In this document: positions 59,297 through 64,000 of the stretch, one piece after another
Layout of the letters: each line of letters opens with the position of its first letter
Position numbering within the stretch: position 1 is the first letter of the stretch
Source of the DNA: Candidatus Ryanbacteria bacterium CG10_big_fil_rev_8_21_14_0_10_43_42
Lineage (GTDB): Bacteria > Patescibacteriota > Minisyncoccia > Ryanbacterales > 2-02-FULL-48-12
NCBI GenBank assembly: GCA_002793915.1
Contig: PFEF01000006.1
Location: forward strand, 24,697-88,696
Length of the DNA stretch: 64,000 bases
Direction of reading: 5' to 3'
The notes under the pieces: generated by a model
Told to the model about the DNA's origin: nothing
Seen by the model: the letters and a program-made list of their open reading frames with translations, nothing else
The model's database searches: none
Position numbers and translations under genes: made by a program

Positions 59297-59354
59297 ATGT
59301 TCGGAAGCTTCCCTTCCGATTTTTTGTTTGTGGGTGAGTATTTTTGTATAATAG

Positions 59355-61589
59355 ATGGATATGGCAAAAACAAAAAATGGTAAGAAAAAATCGCGGAAAG
59401 AGAGCGAAGAAGAATTCGAAGAAGATCGCCGCCGATGGCATGATGATTTGCGCCCTGATACAAAAAAATCGGTCTGGGCGGTTCTTTCCTTTTCCGTTAT
59501 GGGGCTTTTGACGCTTGCATGGTTTGGAAAGGCCGGTGCTATCGGATCGGTTATCTTTTCAGTGCTTACATTATTATTCGGAAAAGCATTTTTTTTGGTT
59601 CCCCTAGCATTCTTTTTTGTGGGACTTTCTCTTGTTCTTGGTATGCGCGAGCGTATTTTTGCCGGTACATTTTTTGGAGGTTTTTTATTTTTGGTAAGCA
59701 TGCTTGGTATCGTTGACATTCTTATCGAGCCGCGGACGGCAGGATATGTAGGATTTGGTATTGCTTATTTCCCCCTTCAATTATTTGATGTTGTGGCAAG
59801 TGTTCTTATTTTTGGGACATTCTTAATAATTTCATTTCTTCTCATGTTTAATTTCTCGTTCATTCCGCGAGCAAAAGAAGCTATTGAAGATATGATGGAT
59901 GGTAACGAAGAAGATACTGCCGGAACAACGATCGACGAAAAAGAAAAACAGGGTATGTTTGCTCATATAAAAACGATGGTTGGCATGAAAAATGAAGGAG
60001 AAGAAAGGGGTGCTGAAGAGGAGAATGAAAATAATTTTTCGGCGGAGGAAGATAAAAATAGTATGGAATCCGTTACGGAGCCAAGTACGAATGATGCTCC
60101 CTTGGAAGGGAAACGTATGGTTTCTTCCCGTAATGTTCCGTCCACTTATGTGCCGCCGCCGCTCTCAATTTTAGAGGGGGATAGAGGGAAGCCGTCATCG
60201 GGAGATATTCGGGCAAATGCAAATATTATTCAGCGAACACTTCAGAATTTCGGTATTGATGTAGACATGGGGGAAATTAGCGTAGGTCCGTCCATTACTC
60301 AATATACGCTAAAGCCGGCAGAGGGCGTTAAGCTGTCTCGTATCACAAATTTGGCAAGTAACCTGGGTCTTGCATTAGCGGCTCATCCGCTTCGTATTGA
60401 GGCACCCATTCCCGGGCGGGCGCTTGTGGGCATTGAGGTGCCAAATAAATCAATTGCATTTGTGGGGTTAAAAAATCTCCTCACCGAATTTAAAGAACGT
60501 AAAGCCGAAAGTGTTTTAGGGTTCGCGTTGGGTCGTGATGTTACCGGACAGCCCGTATTCGTGGATCTTGCGCGTGCTCCTCATATGTTGGTGGCAGGAT
60601 CAACCGGTTCCGGAAAATCAGTCAGTATTCATGCGCTTATTTTGGGATTGTTATTTACAAAGCCGCCTGAACAGTTGCGTTTTTTAATGATTGATCCAAA
60701 ACGTGTTGAGCTTTCTTATTATAACGGCATCCCTCATCTTATAACGCCGGTAGTGGTAGAAGCCAAAAAAGCTATTCAAGCCCTTAAATGGGCGGTAAAA
60801 GAAATGGAACGGCGGTATGAGCAATTGCAGGCGGCGGGGGCTCGCGATATTATATCATACAACAACGATGACACTAACGAGGATATGATGCCATATCTGG
60901 TGATTGTTGTGGATGAACTTGCCGATTTAATGACATCATATCCTCGTGAGGTGGAAGCATCTATCGTACGCATTGCCCAAATGGCGCGCGCCGTCGGTAT
61001 TCATTTAGTGGTGTCTACACAAAGACCATCCGTAGAGGTTATTACCGGACTCATTAAGGCAAATATTACAACGCGTATGGCTCTTCAGGTGGCGTCTCAG
61101 ATTGATTCCCGTACCATTCTTGACATGGCGGGGGCGGAAAAATTGCTCGGAAAGGGAGATATGTTGTATTTATCGGGTGATACGTCAAAACCGGGGCGTG
61201 TACAGGGAGTATTCGTATCGGAGCAGGAAGTGAAACGAGCAACGGCATATTTAAAAAATATCAAAGAAGAATCCGATAAGGATTTCGAAGAAGATATTTT
61301 TACGGTTGAACAGGGTAGTGGTCTAGGAAGGGAGAATGGCGAAGAGGATGATGAATTATATGAGGATGCGCGAATTCTTGTTATAGAATCCGGCAAAGCG
61401 TCCACATCATTTCTTCAGCGCCGGCTTCGATTAGGGTATGCGCGTGCCGCACGATTAGTTGATATGCTAGAGGAGCGTGGTGTGGTGGGTCCCGGAGATG
61501 GTGCGAAGCCGCGGGATGTTCTGGTGCGCCGGGATGAAGACGACGGATTCGGTCGTGATGAGAAAGATGCTGTTTCGGAAGACGAATAA
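59355..61589 (+). CDS. ftsK: DNA translocase FtsK/SpoIIIE
   Basis: 4-TM N-terminus, RIEAPIPG, GSTGSGKS, DELADLM, TQRPS, gamma domain LQRRLRLGYARAAR. Confidence 0.96.
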   Translation: MDMAKTKNGKKKSRKESEEEFEEDRRRWHDDLRPDTKKSVWAVLSFSVMGLLTLAWFGKAGAIGSVIFSVLTLLFGKAFFLVPLAFFFVGLSLVLGMRERIFAGTFFGGFLFLVSMLGIVDILIEPRTAGYVGFGIAYFPLQLFDVVASVLIFGTFLIISFLLMFNFSFIPRAKEAIEDMMDGNEEDTAGTTIDEKEKQGMFAHIKTMVGMKNEGEERGAEEENENNFSAEEDKNSMESVTEPSTNDAPLEGKRMVSSRNVPSTYVPPPLSILEGDRGKPSSGDIRANANIIQRTLQNFGIDVDMGEISVGPSITQYTLKPAEGVKLSRITNLASNLGLALAAHPLRIEAPIPGRALVGIEVPNKSIAFVGLKNLLTEFKERKAESVLGFALGRDVTGQPVFVDLARAPHMLVAGSTGSGKSVSIHALILGLLFTKPPEQLRFLMIDPKRVELSYYNGIPHLITPVVVEAKKAIQALKWAVKEMERRYEQLQAAGARDIISYNNDDTNEDMMPYLVIVVDELADLMTSYPREVEASIVRIAQMARAVGIHLVVSTQRPSVEVITGLIKANITTRMALQVASQIDSRTILDMAGAEKLLGKGDMLYLSGDTSKPGRVQGVFVSEQEVKRATAYLKNIKEESDKDFEEDIFTVEQGSGLGRENGEEDDELYEDARILVIESGKASTSFLQRRLRLGYARAARLVDMLEERGVVGPGDGAKPRDVLVRRDEDDGFGRDEKDAVSEDE

Positions 61590-61594
61590 TAGTT

Positions 61595-61993
61595 ATGATT
61601 ACCTTACCCGATACCGCGTATGTGCGAGAAATAAAGCGTCTTCAAAACCGGCGAGGTGTTCGTATGGTACTCATTGGGTTTGTATTTGTTCTTGCTGTTA
61701 TATATATGGTTTTTCAAACACGGGATTGGGTTTTGCGTCCGGATCTTTATCTTGATAGTCCGAGAGACGGAGAGACATTCTCTGAAACGCAGATTACGGT
61801 ATCCGGAAGAGTTACCCCCGGTGTACAGTTGACCATAAACGGCCTTGAAGCGTATAGTGACGAGACAGGACTTTATGCGACGGATCTATTATTACCGGCA
61901 GGAGTACATACTATAGAGGTTGTAGCGCGAAATAGATTTGGACGAACGCGGTCTATTATGCGTCAGATCGTTATCACCGCTCCCGTATTATAA
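61595..61993 (+). CDS. membrane-anchored Ig-like domain protein
   Basis: TM helix followed by SP.DG...ITVSG...LTING...GVHTIEVVA.N.FG. Confidence 0.7.
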   Translation: MITLPDTAYVREIKRLQNRRGVRMVLIGFVFVLAVIYMVFQTRDWVLRPDLYLDSPRDGETFSETQITVSGRVTPGVQLTINGLEAYSDETGLYATDLLLPAGVHTIEVVARNRFGRTRSIMRQIVITAPVL

Positions 61994-62010
61994 GTATAAA
62001 GATATAAACT

Positions 62011-63066
62011 ATGCCGAAAAAAGCCGCAAAAACATCCATCAGCCAGCGAAATAAAGAGAGAGAAATGGCGGGGGGAAAGAAGGGGGGACTTATCGAAGAC
62101 GTGGTAAAAGATATTCAGGCGCGTTATGGAGAGGGAGCAATTATGCGTTTGGGAGGTGTTCAAAAAGTCGATGTGGAAGTGGTTCCCACTGGGTCATTGG
62201 CACTCGATGCCTCACTTGGTGTAGGCGGTATTCCTAAAGGACGTATTGTAGAAATTTACGGACCGGAGTCTTCCGGAAAAACAACGTTAACATTGCATAT
62301 TGTTGCTAATGCGCAAAAAAGAGGAGGTACGTGTGCATTTATAGATGCTGAACATGCATTGGATCCGGAGTACGCACGCCGTATTGGTGTTCAGATTAAT
62401 GATCTGTTAATTTCCCAGCCGGATTCCGGCGAGCAGGCTCTCGAAATTGTAGAGAGTTTGGTGCGCACGGGCGGTATGGATATTATAGTAATCGATTCCG
62501 TTGCCGCCCTAACGCCACGCGCCGAAATAGAAGGAGACATGGGACAGCAACATGTTGGCCTGCAGGCACGGCTCATGTCGCATGCGCTTCGAAAACTCAC
62601 ATCTATTGTCGCCAAAACACATACAACTATTATATTTACCAACCAGATTCGTATGCAAATAGGTATGATGTACGGAAACCCGGAAACCACTCCCGGTGGA
62701 AAAGCACTTAAGTTTTATGCATCTGTTCGTATTGAAATTCGTCGGGCGGCAAAAATTCAGAAAGGAGACGATGTGGTGGGGAGTCGCACGAAAGCAAAAA
62801 TTGTAAAAAATAAGGTAGCGGCACCCTTTAAAACGGCCGAGTTCGATATTATGTACAACGAAGGTATTTCTCGTGAAGGTGATATAATTAATTTGGGAGA
62901 AAAGTACGGATTTGTTAAAAAAGCAGGCGCTTCCTATTCGTATGGGGAAATTAAGATTGGGGTTGGTATGGATAAGGCAAAGCAATTTCTTAAGGATAAC
63001 CCTGAAATTACTAATGAAATTGAGAAAAAGATACAGCAAACAATGCAGGATAATAAGGTGGTATAG
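62011..63066 (+). CDS. recA: recombinase RecA
   Basis: [35 protein letters not shown]. Confidence 0.99.
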   Translation: MPKKAAKTSISQRNKEREMAGGKKGGLIEDVVKDIQARYGEGAIMRLGGVQKVDVEVVPTGSLALDASLGVGGIPKGRIVEIYGPESSGKTTLTLHIVANAQKRGGTCAFIDAEHALDPEYARRIGVQINDLLISQPDSGEQALEIVESLVRTGGMDIIVIDSVAALTPRAEIEGDMGQQHVGLQARLMSHALRKLTSIVAKTHTTIIFTNQIRMQIGMMYGNPETTPGGKALKFYASVRIEIRRAAKIQKGDDVVGSRTKAKIVKNKVAAPFKTAEFDIMYNEGISREGDIINLGEKYGFVKKAGASYSYGEIKIGVGMDKAKQFLKDNPEITNEIEKKIQQTMQDNKVV

Positions 63067-63091
63067 TAACTACGAAGAATAAAGATATGGC

Positions 63092-63125
63092 AACATAAAA
63101 ACTCGCTAGAGCGAGTTTTTATGTT
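63092..63125. terminator. bidirectional terminator
   Basis: AACATAAAAACTCGC-TAGA-GCGAGTTTTTATGTT between recA and rpsR. Confidence 0.85.
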
Positions 63126-63147
63126 TGGTTACAACAAGTTATATGTA

Positions 63148-63348
63148 TTACCGCAATGTAAACGGCAAAAGAGCCAGATGACGTGCATGCTTAATGGCTT
63201 TTGTGAGCTGTCGTTGGCACGAAGCACATGTTCCGGTGCGCTTTCCGGAAAGAATACGTGCTTGCGTGGTAATAAACTTCCGAAGTAGGTCGGAATTTTT
63301 ATAGTCAATTATCTTTATATTATTTACACAAAAGTGACACTGTTTCAT
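63148..63348 (-). CDS. rpsR: 30S ribosomal protein S18 (zinc-binding type)
   Basis: MKQCHFC...IDYK...[26 protein letters not shown]; start at ATG 63348. Confidence 0.95.
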   Translation of the reverse strand: MKQCHFCVNNIKIIDYKNSDLLRKFITTQARILSGKRTGTCASCQRQLTKAIKHARHLALLPFTLR

Positions 63349-63368
63349 TTTTTCGATACTTATTGCTA

Positions 63369-63506
63369 AATAGTTGTGGGAAGCTTGAAATGGATTTAAT
63401 TCGAAGCGTGCCGTGAAGCGTGAGTGAGCCGTATTGAACATACGGAGAACGAGTATTGGAACAAGTAACGAAGAAGTAAGTTCATTTCGGGCTTCCTCTT
63501 GCTATT
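63369..63506 (+). repeat. ~138-bp imperfect palindromic element (RPE/MITE-like)
   Basis: 21-bp outer stem GGGAAGCTTGAAATGGATTTA / TAAGTTCATTTCGGGCTTCCT with G-U pairs; inner hairpin CCGTAT-TGAAC-ATACGG. Confidence 0.65.
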
Positions 63507-63514
63507 GTCGATGA

Positions 63515-63967
63515 CTAAAATGGGATTTCGTTGGGGTCTATATCATCCTCTGCCGGATATTCCACTGTCGCCACGTTTTCCTCCTCTGTTGGTTGTTGGT
63601 CTGCGGGTCGAGAAGCTGTATGTGCGGCAGTACCTCCACCGCTACGCGGTCCCATCTGCATGTTTTCCGCAACAATTTCGGTGCGATATCGTTTACTACC
63701 ATCTTGTCCGTCCCATGATCGTGTCTGCAGGCGTCCTTCAATACATACAATCTGACCTTTTTTTAAGTATTGTCCGGCAACTTCCGCCTGTCGTCCGAAA
63801 AGAACAATATTATGAAATTCTGTTTGCTCTTGCTTCTGTCCCTGGCGGTCATTCCATCGCCGATTGGTGGCAATGCCGAGAGTTGCAAGTGTTTGTCCGG
63901 ATGGGAGTGCTTTTATTTCCGGATCCCTTGTAATATTTCCAACAATAATTACTTTGTTTACATTCAT
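63515..63967 (-). CDS. ssb: single-stranded DNA-binding protein
   Basis: NKVIIVGNITRDPE, EGRLQTRSW, acidic tail ending EIPF. Confidence 0.98.
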   Translation of the reverse strand: MNVNKVIIVGNITRDPEIKALPSGQTLATLGIATNRRWNDRQGQKQEQTEFHNIVLFGRQAEVAGQYLKKGQIVCIEGRLQTRSWDGQDGSKRYRTEIVAENMQMGPRSGGGTAAHTASRPADQQPTEEENVATVEYPAEDDIDPNEIPF

Positions 63968-64000
63968 TATCTCATGGGTAGCGTAATGGGAAAGTTTATG

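Noticed and set aside
1-64000. CRISPR array, tRNA/rRNA genes, transposase, integrase or prophage structural genes
   Set aside because: No regularly spaced repeats, cloverleaf/T-loop signatures or recognisable motifs were seen by eye; intergenic gaps are short.
1-64000. Alternative genetic code (UGA = Gly, as in Gracilibacteria)
   Set aside because: Conserved genes are full-length under code 11 and several end properly at TGA (gnd, tgt, folA).

Overview
A 64-kb chromosomal segment of a bacterium that is most likely Patescibacteria/CPR (Parcubacteria-like). This is inferred from the compact RpoB, short S18, DUF2914, SIMPL, DUF3467, lamin-tail/peptidoglycan-binding and second TruB-like genes; the genetic code is standard code 11. 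Housekeeping content includes typA, a DEAD-box helicase, a cold-shock protein, a complete suf operon, a tmk-thyA-folA-dut-dcd cluster, zwf-gnd-pgi-ROK kinase, a MacAB-like exporter, tgt, truB, xseAB, rpoBC, ftsK, recA, rpsR and ssb. No tRNA, rRNA, CRISPR array, transposase or integrase was seen. The most interesting signals are small or non-coding and are absent from the ORF track: (1) a Phe/Trp-rich leader peptide with a complete 1:2/2:3/3:4 attenuator, then a second aromatic-rich peptide, upstream of an apparently foreign DAHP synthase and back-to-back with a specialised NusG paralog (43.7-46.1 kb); (2) a promoter- and terminator-bounded ~140-nt structured RNA antisense to a 21-aa hydrophobic ORF, resembling a type I toxin-antitoxin locus (40.6-40.8 kb); (3) a second terminator/antiterminator switch ahead of orphan genes (46.2-46.4 kb); (4) a structured rpoB leader with two perfect DnaA boxes; (5) an RPE-like palindromic element between ssb and rpsR; (6) a contrast between apparently leaderless core genes and self-contained orphan cassettes with strong Shine-Dalgarno (SD) sites. 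All product calls come from motif recognition by eye; no searches were run.
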